Shown here piece by piece: positions 28,401-39,800 of a stretch of 64,000 bases of DNA. The DNA is taken from contig MNCI01003421.1 of the NCBI GenBank assembly GCA_015680685.1, positions 341 through 64,340 on the forward strand, read 5' to 3'. The notes under the pieces were generated by a model. The model saw only the letters and a program-made list of their open reading frames with translations. It was not told the origin of the DNA and searched no databases. Within the stretch, counting starts at the first letter, position 1. Each line of letters begins with the position of its first letter. The DNA is from Gnetum montanum. Its lineage: Eukaryota; Plantae; Gnetophyta. Both the position numbers and the translations under genes were made by a program.

Positions 28401-28480
28401 ATAATCTACCATCCTACCAACCTAGACAAATGGTTATTAGCCAACATGCAACAAGTCAAACCTTTCCTAGACTCATGAGT
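22438..28480 (+). pseudogene. Degenerate gag-pol of copy B
   Basis: RT motifs WVSPLV, FLDDYNGYNQI and FMDDF (~26385). RNase H DxxxYxLGxxL-like and ELMVVVYTLEKF. Integrase HxxxCxGH...CDRCQR, IDFMGP, SNNGTYF, TPYHPQAN. Many stops. Confidence 0.93.
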
Positions 28481-30485
28481 AACTAGTGACAACAACACAT
28501 CAAATAATGGCTAAGCTCGTGCTATTTTTCAAATCTCCTCCTTTTAACTCAATCATGAGAGGGATGGACAACCATGCTAACATTTTGTGATGGCTCCTCA
28601 ATTTTTCAATTCTTTTGTTTTACATCATGTTTTATTCATTTTCCATTTTCTTGAGTATTTTGCAATTTATTTTATATATTTATTTTGATTCAATTTTCTT
28701 GCATGTGTTTTCTTGTTTATTATCTATTGCCATCAGGACTTTGATGCTTGATACAACTACTAGTTGTTGGAAGTTTAATTGAACTATATTTCATGGCTAA
28801 ATTGGTTACTTAATAATTGGAGTTCATCTTTGAACTATGACATCGATGAATGGAACATTGATTTTCTTATGGTATCATGAAGTGAGCTCACATCATCCAT
28901 CCATTCCACTTAACTCTATGGTGTTCTTTCATATAGGAAGCATGAGCTCCTTTCTTAATTACAACTTATAAAAGAATTTGTGACCTTGATACTTAATGGA
29001 CTTAGAATGAATCAAGTGGAATAGATAATGATGTGGCTCCAAGGGGAATTTTCACTTTTTGTAGTTGCATACCTTCTTGAGTTTTATGGGTATTCTCATT
29101 AAATCCTTATCATTTCTAACATCGACCATTAACAAGAAGAATGTCATTGCATGTATGGTTTCCATTGAAAAAAACATGAAAATTCAAAGCACACCCCTTA
29201 TACAAAATAATGGGCTACAAGCACTAGTTACGGGGTTGGAAAGACTTGTTACCCATGCTTGAAGGCACCACTCTAACAAAAGGTCCTTTCTAACTTCTTT
29301 CTTCTCTTTTCTTCTCTATTTGGAATGATGGATGATCTTTGGGAGTGTTCATGAAATCTATAGGTTGAATGGTCTAAATGTACTAATGCAAAGTCATTGG
29401 ACATGGATGGACTTGGTTTTGATTAGGTTAGAACAATATTGGGTCACATTAACCACACATTTCACAAGGACTTCATGTAACAAGGATGTGAGACTCCATT
29501 TCCATTCTCTTTCTCTACCATCATTCAAATGCTTGCCATCCACCACCTCATTGCCTCTTATTAGGGTTAATCAATGTGTTTTTTTTTAATATGTCCTAAT
29601 TCTTTAATAATTTCTTGCATGGACTCAATTTTTAATTATCCATGATCATTAATTATCCTTGGTGCCTACAAACTCCTAGGAATGAGGGTGTGTAAGAGCA
29701 TTAAGGACATGGACCTACTATAGGAAGGATCCACTTACATACTCCTTGGTCTAGTTTTGTTAAACGTCCTATCCCTTAGTTATTTTTCATTCAATTCCAT
29801 TATTTTACTACAAAAGCATCTATTTTTACACTCCTTAGCAATATAATTTTCTCCAAATCTCCTTTTCTAATTCATTTCATGGCCTCTTCCATGATTTGTC
29901 ATCATTTTAGGTTTTTCTAGCTTCCTTTGGACTCAAATTTCATTATAAAACTCATCCCTGACACTTTGTTTTTTACATGGAAAAAATTGCTTCAAATGGT
30001 TGTTTCAATTCATCCCCATTGATGCAACGTAAAAAATTTATAAATAGTGTCAATAATTAGCAAATTTTTAACATTTTCCTTAAAATACAAGGGGAGATGT
30101 TGTCATTTCTTAAAGCCCAAGAACCTTCCAAATGCCATAACTTCCACACTGCCTATCCCAGTCATCTCTTTTTTCAACCCTCTAACTATGGAAGGTAAGC
30201 TTTACATCATGGGGGTCACAAATCTTTGGTTTATGATGGAAAATGTTTTGGAAATTTTTCTAACTCCTCAAGGTTTAATATTAAAATAATATTAAAACTC
30301 CCATCTACATTAAGTTAAACCTCATAAACAAACTCATGTAGTTAATGAATTAAATAATAATAAAATAATTAGCCTACCATGATCACAAACAAGCCTAAGT
30401 GTAACTTAACCAAATGAGAAGGGTATCAAAAAGAACTAAGGGTTACACATTAACTACTAATCCTTAGTTACATTTGTGATCATAG

Positions 30486-33254
30486 ATGGTACTAAAAATG
30501 GGACCACTAGCAAGAGGACCATCACAATTGAGGGAAAAGTGGCCATGAGGAAGGGGCCAACAAAAACCACAATAGCCCCAAGAACAAGAGGTCAAAGTAA
30601 TTCACAAAATGGGACCTCTTTGGAAGGATCCCAAAGTGGAATCTATTCGACAAATTCCAATAGCCGAAATTGGCCAATCAAGGAAAGATGAGGTGTCAAG
30701 GCCAAGACCTAATATATAGGTCACACTGACAGAGACCTACCTTGAAAATATTTGAACCAAGAAGATCTAGATTTCACTTTTATAAGAACTAAACTTCATA
30801 TCCAATGTGGCCCATTCTCTCATCTAGTGGAAAATGGTACATAGGGGAGACTTACCTAGTTTGAAGAAATCGACAGGAAGATGCAATGGTGAAAATCAAA
30901 GATACTACTATCTCCTTTTCAGTTAAGACCATTAAAGAGATCCTTGGCTTACCCCATATAGAGGTAACATTGGTGAAGATATCCACACACGCAACCCCCA
31001 AAGCTAAAAAAGAGTAGATTTAGCATTGCTATGGGGTAGACTGTAAGGAGTATGGTGCACTAATCAAGGTGGAGCGTGCATACTTCAAGATAGCAACTTA
31101 TTACCTAAATCCCAGAGTCAGGTCTAGCAAGGTTATATCCTTCTCTGCCCATGTCTGTGTTGCTCTAAGTAGTAAATTTCTTGTCAACCTTCCTTAGCTC
31201 ATCTACCTAAAGATTGAAAAGCATTTCAAAGAAAATAAGCAAGGAAGGAAGACACTTCCCTTTCCATGCCTCATTAGAAAACTATGTAGAAGGGAATGCA
31301 TAGCATGCTATTCTAATCACACACTTTTCCATGCTATTGCCACATTTTGATGGGAGATTATGAAAGACAAATATACCATAAAGCGATTAGAAGAGGAGCA
31401 TCCACCATCACCACTTGTCGAAGAGACCACACCAAAAGCACATGTAGTTGTAGAAAGGATTAAAAAACTCTATGAGTACCTACTATAATAACAATAGGGA
31501 TAGGTAAGTGGTGGAGAGCCATTAGTCTATTGTCTAACATTGAGCCATCTCAATGATGTCACCCAAAGCATTAGTTGGTTGAAGAAGACCACCTTGCTAT
31601 TCTCAACACAATGCACATAGGCACCCGTGAGAAAAAATCCTAGCACCTAGGAAGATATGGCATCCATCCATAGATAAAAGTTCACTAAAATATATGGGAA
31701 TGTTACAAATTTCTCAGTGTGCCTAGAGGAGGCAAGGGGGTGACTGTTCTAGTGATGAAGCACCATGAATAGGAGACTATTGCAAAAGTGATGGCCAATA
31801 GGATGGTTAACGCCTTAAATGCTTCTATGACAATGGTACCAAACATTGTTGTTCTAAAATATGTTCAAGCCTCTAGAGGAGTAGGGAGTGGTTGGCTTAG
31901 TATAGCCCAACAAGAGGAAGTTTTGGACCGATTAGTGGAAATTGAACAATTGCTTTCGGAGATCTTTGATCTCCCAGATCAGATTATAGCAACCCAATTG
32001 AAGCTACTAGAGATCAAGGGTAAATTAATCATTACCAACACCTAGTTGCAAGCAGCTAGCATCAAAAACCAATAGTTGGCTATTGAATTTGTGAGGTTTT
32101 GGACCCATCTCTCTAACCCTGTCATTCTCAACTCAAACCTCAATGGAAATGAAGCTTTCCAAAAACTTCAAGAAAAAGTTAGAGAGGCTGAGACTGAAAA
32201 GGAGATTATGGTATTTGAAACCTCCTTATTAGAAGCATTAGCATTCAACATTGATAAGGAATTAGCTCAAGTGCACAAAGAAAACTTGGTCCTCATCAAG
32301 GACATCCACCACCTGTGAAATGTCAAGCAACAGAAGGACCAAATGGTCAAATTCATTTGACAATAGCTAGAGTAGCTAGCCAAGGTGAGCCTTGACTTGA
32401 GGATATTGGTAGTGGAGAATCAAAATCTCTCTATGGAGGAAGTCTAGATGCTTTCCTAAAAAAGGGTCATTGAGGTAACTACCTAGAAGAACGAGGCCTT
32501 GAAATTTGAATGGTTCAAGAATCATTATAAAGACTAGGTTGGGCTTCTCAAGGAGGTAAATGAGAAAGAGATTCAATTGTCCAAGGTAAAGATGAATGAG
32601 GCCCTCTAGCAACTCCAACAAAGAGGCGATGTTTGGAAGCTGATTTTTTATGGCTTAAGTGTAGATAATAGAGCTAAGATCTACCTAAAGGAGTTGCAGA
32701 TATAGGAGATGATTGAATACATGGAGCTTGTTAACATTTGATATGCAGAATTGACTATGCTAACTGTAGGAAGGCTAAGAATAAATTTGAAGAAACAAGT
32801 GGTCAGTTAGTACTTCTTAAACAATGTAGAATTCAAGCACCATAAAGATACCAAACATAAGTTAGAGATAGCCAAAGCAAAGTTTGAAGTTCTCAGGAGC
32901 TAATTCACTAACTAACAATCGATTACTGAGAACTTGGCTAGGAGAATGAACAATTAGCACAAGTTACATAACCTAGTAAAGATGTTTGACATTGAACAAA
33001 AACAATTTGTAGCATGGTTTGTTAATACTAACGAACTGTTCCCAATAATGCCTTGCCCATGGAATAATCTTGTGTCCACCCACATTGGTGAAGCTCTGTG
33101 GGCTATGCATGACCCACATAGCAAAGAAGAGAAAATGAAAGCATTGATGAATGCTTTTCAACTTCTAATTGAAGCAATAGCAATAGTAGGACAACCTCAA
33201 CCACCTTCACTACCACAAGTTCTGGAGCTTGGCAAAGGTCCTTTAGCATCCTAG
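30486..33254 (+). pseudogene. Degenerate env-position ORF of copy B (~2.8 kb): plant-transposon-like N-terminal part, long coiled coil and conserved C-terminal motif
   Basis: LPFPCLIRKLCRR at ~31255 resembles the LxFPxLITxLC motif of Athila env-position ORFs. E/K/L-rich heptad-like fragments at 31788-32950. The C-terminus FVAWFVNTNELFPIMPCPWNN has a homologue in copy A. Confidence 0.75.
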
Positions 33255-33511
33255 GAGCCTTCACCTCCTAGTACTATTTGAACTTCATCTCATCTTTGAC
33301 AATTAGAGGGATCTTGCTATCATTTTTGTAAAGGGTGTCCAAATTTGTTATCATGGACACCAATTTTGTAATTCTGTACAATTTGGCACTTAGAGTCAAT
33401 TAGTTAGTTAGATTTAATCAATCAATAATTCTATACTTTTCCAAATTTTGTAAAAAGCTTGACCCTAAATTTGTTCATTTGAGGACGAGTTTTCACTCAA
33501 TCATGGGGGTA

Positions 33512-34335
33512 TGATAAATCATTGTTGACTAGCTATGTCGATAGGCATGCATCAACATAGCCTTGTCAATGTAGCCTTGTCAATGCATGGATGCATGGGT
33601 CAATGCAATTTCAAGTCAAGCCTATATAAATGTTCATAGCCACAACATTTATGATATGTTAAATTGTTAGTGTAGCTAAACTCTTGCAGTATGAACTAAA
33701 GAAATTGTATGGATCTTTATTTGACAGTCATGTACCTAAATACATTAATGTGATTGGTAATAAAGACAAGAATCTTGACATTCATTGCAGCACTTGGGAT
33801 AAATTAATGTTTCTTACTTGCACTTTGTTATTATTGAAATTTATGTTTTTGCCCTAATTAATTACTACATTTAATAATGAATACATAAGTATGACCACTT
33901 CAAGCATACCATTTAACACTTGGTAATCCCAGTAGTGACTATTTGGTATGCACAGTAACTATCACATGGTAACCTAGTAGCATTGATATGAGTTCAGGAT
34001 GTATGTGGCAAGTGGGCTTAGATGCTTATGTTTGGATAGTTAGCTCTAGAATCATTGGACATTTAGAATAGTTAATTACCAACCATTTACCTTCTCACCC
34101 ACACTTACACTAAAAATATAAATATAAATAAATATCATATGCTTTGACTCACACTTAACCATACATAAAATCCTACACATGTGAGAATTAAGAAGACAAT
34201 GATCATACATTTCCCCTAAGCCACCATCTTTTTCTATAGGCACACTTAGGAGCTAAGTCCATGGAATTCGATCATATTGCTAGTGCATTCTTGTGATTCA
34301 TATGGTTGGGTGTAGGAGCTACTCGCTACTCACCA
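33512..34335 (+). repeat. 3' LTR of copy B
   Basis: PPT CATGGGGGTA then TGATAAATC...CTCACCA, followed by the TSD. Confidence 0.92.
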
Positions 34336-34509
34336 AGGATGAAAACCTAAAAATGCATTCTAAAATTTTTCGACCATTCCTTTTATGTTTTGCTAAAGTT
34401 TCATCTCTATTTGGCACTTCTTTATGATTTTATTCTCAATTTTGTTAGTACATTTTTTTTGTAATCAAACAACACACCAACCCCAAATTTTGATTTTGGT
34501 TTTAATGCC

Positions 34510-35079
34510 TGATGAATCGTGGTTTGCTAGGTGCTGATATCAAACCATTGTTAACTAGGCGTTGATATCAACCAGGTGTTGATATCGGACCCCTGTTATT
34601 GGACCCCTGTTATCGAATGAGTCCTGATATTGAACCCTTGATATCAGACCCCCAATATCAAGTACGCAATATCAGGGGCAACGTCAACTAGGCCGTGTCG
34701 ACGAAGCCCCGTCAACACATCTTTCCACGCATTGACGTGGACTCATCAACACAGAGTTCATTTTCCACTATAAATATGCATTCACCCACCACATTTGACA
34801 TCTTTTTGGCAGTTGTAGCAAAGGTCTTACAGTTTGTTTTCATAGGAGTTAGACTATTCTCCCAGTGCATGCCCGCAGTGTGATGATTGTAATTGTACAA
34901 CACCATTATTCAAGTGTGACGTACTTGGACACGCACCTAACTAGAAATAAAGATCGAGATTACTTCATCATTGCAACATTCACTTAGTTTAATTATTTAA
35001 TTTTATTGTTATTTATTCTTTTCGTGGTTAATATCTCTTCACCCTAAACTCCTTAAACGCAGAATGAGTATGACTTAAT
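34510..35079 (+). repeat. Younger LTR of the same Athila-like family (probable solo LTR), running into an N gap
   Basis: Starts TGATGAATC and shares CTATAAAT, GTACTTGGACA and AATAAAGATCGAGAT blocks with the other LTRs. It retains many CpGs and has short GATATC/GGACCCC repeats at ~34535-34680. Confidence 0.75.
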
Positions 35080-35256
35080 NNNNNNNNNNNNNNNNNNNNN
35101 NNNNNNNNNNNNNNNNNNNNNNNNNNNNNNNNNNNNNNNNNNNNNNNNNNNNNNNNNNNNNNNNNNNNNNNNNNNNNNNNNNNNNNNNNNNNNNNNNNNN
35201 NNNNNNNNNNNNNNNNNNNNNNNNNNNNNNNNNNNNNNNNNNNNNNNNNNNNNNNN
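35080..35256. other. Assembly gap
   Basis: Run of N. Confidence 1.
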
Positions 35257-36697
35257 TAACCAAAAAAATTATTTGAAAAATAGTATGATTACCCTTTTAC
35301 CTTGCCTACAAGGCATCCTACTAGGCTTATCACATGAACCTAAACTATTCACTATTATTTAGGTTCTTTTTTATTGCATTTAAAAGGGGTTGGGCATCCA
35401 TTTGATAAATGTCATTAGGAGTAAAAGATTGTTGGTCATCACTAGGAACATAAGACCTTAATTCACACACGGTCAAAATTTTTGCAGCAAATGGTAAGAA
35501 AAGTCTCTCTTTGTAGGGAATTGTCACGATTAATGTTCAGGAATAATGTTGGCGCATGCAATTTAGGATAATGATTTTTGCGTTTTGATGTAGTTTAGAT
35601 TTAAACGTTCCGAGTAATCGGCTGTAGTCACGGTGTATTTGACTCCCCGGTTAACTTATCCCATTATTTTCTCGTTTTGTCGTGATTCGCATAATGTACG
35701 GTTTCATAGGTGGATAATTGCAAACTGGTCCTTCGCGAACAACTTAGAGAGAGAGGATGTCTAATCCAGGAAAGCAGAAGAAATGCAAGAGAGCACCATG
35801 TAATGGAATATCAGGTTCGGTAAATTACCAAAACCATCTAAACCAGGGGCGCATGTAAGCTGATCAAGTTAAAGATGAACAAGCTGAGATAAAGTGGTCA
35901 TGTTCTCTCAGTCTAGGAACGTAACACAATTCCAGATTCCATTCCTTTTCAGGATTGAGAAAATTGAAGAAAGGAGTAAGACTTTGGGAGTCTATGATTC
36001 GGCAGACAACGCACCTTGATCACGTCAACCTCGAAGGTAGAGCGTTACTATACGCTTCAGGGTTTTATTAGTTAAAGTACAGTTCCCAAGAAAACTACCA
36101 AATGACCTGTTAATTCAGTTTTACTTCTCCGTTTTGCCATCTTGGAACGTACAGACTCTACCGCCGAGTTTTTGATCCTGTAGTTGGTAAATGGTCCTAT
36201 TGTAATGTTTGATTTCAAAGAGCTATGGTCGACGATACTAATGAGGATTCGACACATTTAGTTGGAAGCCAGGCCTCTTTCCATGAGAACTTTGGAAAAT
36301 AAGGATCCAGTTCAAGACTTTCAAGTATGCAATGCAGCCAACTTTTTTGACAAATTTAGTTCACCTCGCTTTATTCCAATGTAGCCGGAGTAATGACTGA
36401 CAAAACCACGCAGCAACCGATTTGCAGAAGATCTACGAAACAAGACTGCAAACATTCATCGGCTAATGATTATTAATTGATTCAATTCAGAAACAAACCA
36501 CACAAACAAAACAGAGAGGGGGTATCATCTGGAGTTAAGGTAAAGCCATAATTTCCAAAGCAGGAAAAACCTTGTTTAACCATCGGCTTAACCACTCAGG
36601 TCCTGTGCACAAGATTAGATTTTTTAGTTACAGGAGTGTTGTTGATCTTGGTTAACAATTTCGATGTAACAGCGCACATGATTAGAAGTCGTGCGTC

Positions 36698-36817
36698 TCC
36701 TGCGTCCGGGCCTACGCATCGACCCAGAACTCGTTCTTCTTAGACTTCGCTGCTGCAATGACTAAGATGAGCAACACCGGCTCTGGCAAGATCCGCAGCC
36801 ACTGCCGTAGTCCCAAC
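36698..36817 (+). pseudogene. Class III peroxidase relic, C-terminal coding fragment (left of the hAT insertion)
   Basis: Translates as SCVRAYASTQNSFFLDFAAAMTKMSNTGSGKIRSHCRSPN, compared with [45 protein letters not shown] in the intact gene. Not in the ORF track. Confidence 0.9.
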
Positions 36818-39800
36818 CATAGTTACCGGAAATGGGAAATGGGGATGGGAAATGGGGCAACGTGACCGAACGACAACGCAACGGAAACGGCAAAAATTAG
36901 GTTGCAAAAAAAAAAAACGAGCTTTAAATATTTAACCAATTAGTAACTTTAGCAATTTTATATTTTAGTAAAATTATGTGTATATTTCTTTGTTCATAGA
37001 ACAACAATTTAAAATGCAATACAATGCAATGATTTTTATCTATGCGCCGGAGATTCGCGATTCCCAAGAAAATCTCACGAACCGTTCGCGGTGGATTCGG
37101 GCACGCGTACAGAAGCGTGTAAAATCCGCATTGGGTACGTAAATTATAATTTTTCGATTTTTCAACTCTCAAACATTCATTGTCGATTAAAATCTTACCT
37201 ATTTTTACTGCAAATCGCGTCAAATCTTACCTGTTTCCTGCAAATTGCATCCGCGTCCAATATCTTTTATTTACAGACGCTCCTCCTATTCCGCCATTGA
37301 TAAGGATTTGGATGCTTCCGCACTCTCCAAAAGCTTTGTTTCTCTTTCAGCTTAAAAATTTTTTGCTTCATTTTCAGTTTTTCATTTGTAGGCAATGAGG
37401 AAGAAGACGATGAACATTTTTTTTAATGCAGGGGTCTCGTCTGCCCAGTTTGATTTGGGTGACTGGCTAGGAGACTTGCCTGATTGGATGCTTAGAGAAT
37501 GAGTTGTTACCTTTACAGAATGCGCTGCACATACTTTATTATTCTATATATTTTTCAGTTTCTATATTTTTTTATCATTCTATATTTTTCAGAAAATCAA
37601 TGGTTTCCTTCTAGCGCAATCTGGACGGGCTTGTCGAGCCTGCGTAAGCACGCATTGCGAGCAGCTCTCTTCAATCCTTAATTCTAGTTTTTGTTCAGGA
37701 TGATATTTCTTCCATTTTTTAAATGCGAACGCTACATGCTTTACCTTTGTAATCTTAGTGCACAATTTTTCCGCTGAACGTTCGGTTCTCACTTGTTATT
37801 TTCCGCTTCTTTTGCTGTAAAGATTTCTCNCTACATTTTGTTGAGTGAATAAATGCATATTCAATCCAATTTGTTTCACATGTTGATACACTCAAAACCT
37901 ATAATACAGAAAAGAATTAAATTAAAAACTTAATAAGAGGATTTGCTAAGAAATCTTTGTTACATAAGCATGAGGATTTTGATTATCTTCTTCCATAATC
38001 AATAAGAGTGAAAATTTTTTTTATTAAAAATAAGATAGAAATATGCTATTTTAGGTTAAATAAAGGAAACAACAAAAATTAAAGAGAGGTAGCAAACATG
38101 AAAAAAGAAAAGATTAATGTCATTAAATATTCAATTTACAAAAAAGTATTTATAAATATCTTTCAAGTAAAATTTAAAAAAAAAACTTACTTGACATAAA
38201 ACACAAATTGCTACCTCCTTCAATAATGGAGTTTGAGTTCCATACTGATTCCAAAATGTAAAAGCATCTAATGCTTCACGATCATATGCACAATCATGAT
38301 GTGCAAAATCTCCCTCTGATTTAATATAAATGCCATATTCTTTCTTTATTTTTACATGATCTTCTCTACTTGAAAAACATCGATCAATATAAGTTTTACA
38401 ACCTTTGTTAACTTCCTCATCTATCCATGGCTTTTTATGAAACCATTTTGGATTAAGAAGAAACCCAATAGAATGAAGGGGAGAATGAAGCATCCTTCAT
38501 CTCTTTTCACTACATTCTCATATTAAATCCTTTGTATGCTAATGAAAAGAAAATGAATCATTTCGTAAAATCTGAAACAATGTTTCTCTCATTTGATCCA
38601 TTTTTTCAAAAATTTCTCCCATGGATGGAGAATTACTATCACAAAGTCTCAAAATCTTATAAATGGGATAAAAAAATGTTAAAGCAGCTTCAACTTGTTT
38701 CCAAAATAATTTTTCCCTACCTCCAACAATAAAATCAAAAATTTATTCACATAAACTTGAATTAACACTTGATGAAATTTTTCACCTTTCTCACTCTATT
38801 GAAATTACCATTTCCCTAAGACACTATTTCACTTTAAAAAGATGTTCAATCATAATAAATTATGAGGTAAACCTAGTTTCTGCATATTTTAGTAACTGTA
38901 AAGAGGAGTACTTTATGTAGATGGCTTGTGACAATGAATGATTAATGATAAATTGCTAAATTTTTTTACTATTTGCTACAACTTCAGATATCCAGTCAAC
39001 ACCAACATAAATATCTTTTAATAACAAATTCAAGTAATGTGTTGCATAATGAGTCCAAAAGATATTTGAATACTCATCCTCTATCATCTCTCCTGGCAAC
39101 ACATTATTTGAAGCACTATCTGTGATAATTTGTACAATATTATCTCTTCCTATTGTATTTATAGCCTCACAAAATAATCCCATTAGATAAACAACATTTT
39201 TAATTTTTCCTAAAGTGTCATGTGATTTGATAAAAATAACAACTTTTGAAGATGATCCAAGAATATTAATAAGTGGTTTGTTGATAATATCTGTACACCC
39301 ATTTTATAAAATAGAAATAGACCAACTATCTTTTATGCCTCTTAAATTTGCTTCAACTCGAGCTTTTTCTTCAGTTAAAAGTGTTGTTCTAATTTTTTCA
39401 TAATAAGGTGGCACATACCCTTTTGAAGTAGAATTTATCATTTGTATGGCTTGTTTAAAATAAGGAGACCTAGCAATGTTAAAAGGCATGCCATATGCAT
39501 AGAAAAGTCTTGTTATAGGTGCATCCACATTTTTTTTATTTGAAAAATCAAATATTTTTTCTAAATTAGTATTTGACATTGAATTACTAACATTTGTATG
39601 TGTATTTGTACTTTTGATGGTGGACATGGCATCAAAATGGTTGAATTGCTTAATGAGATCTTCTTTTTCAGATTTTGGTATTTTTTTTACATACCAAAAT
39701 TTGCTCTTTCTTCCCAATTCCAAACGAGTGATATCTAACACGTGCAACAAGACTACTTCTATTTATGTTACAATAAGGACAAATCCATGATTTTCTTCCT

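Larger units (their letters stand above)
21446..34335 (+). mobile_element. Full-length Athila-like Ty3/Gypsy copy B (12.9 kb), degenerate
   Basis: LTRs 21446-22288 and 33512-34335. 5-bp TSD AGGAT at 21441-21445 and 34336-34340. PBS TGGTGCTGTCTTAGGGGAC at 22290-22308 is a decayed Athila-type TGGCGCCGTTGCCGGGGA. Order is gag-PR-RT-RH-INT followed by a long 3' ORF. Confidence 0.93.
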
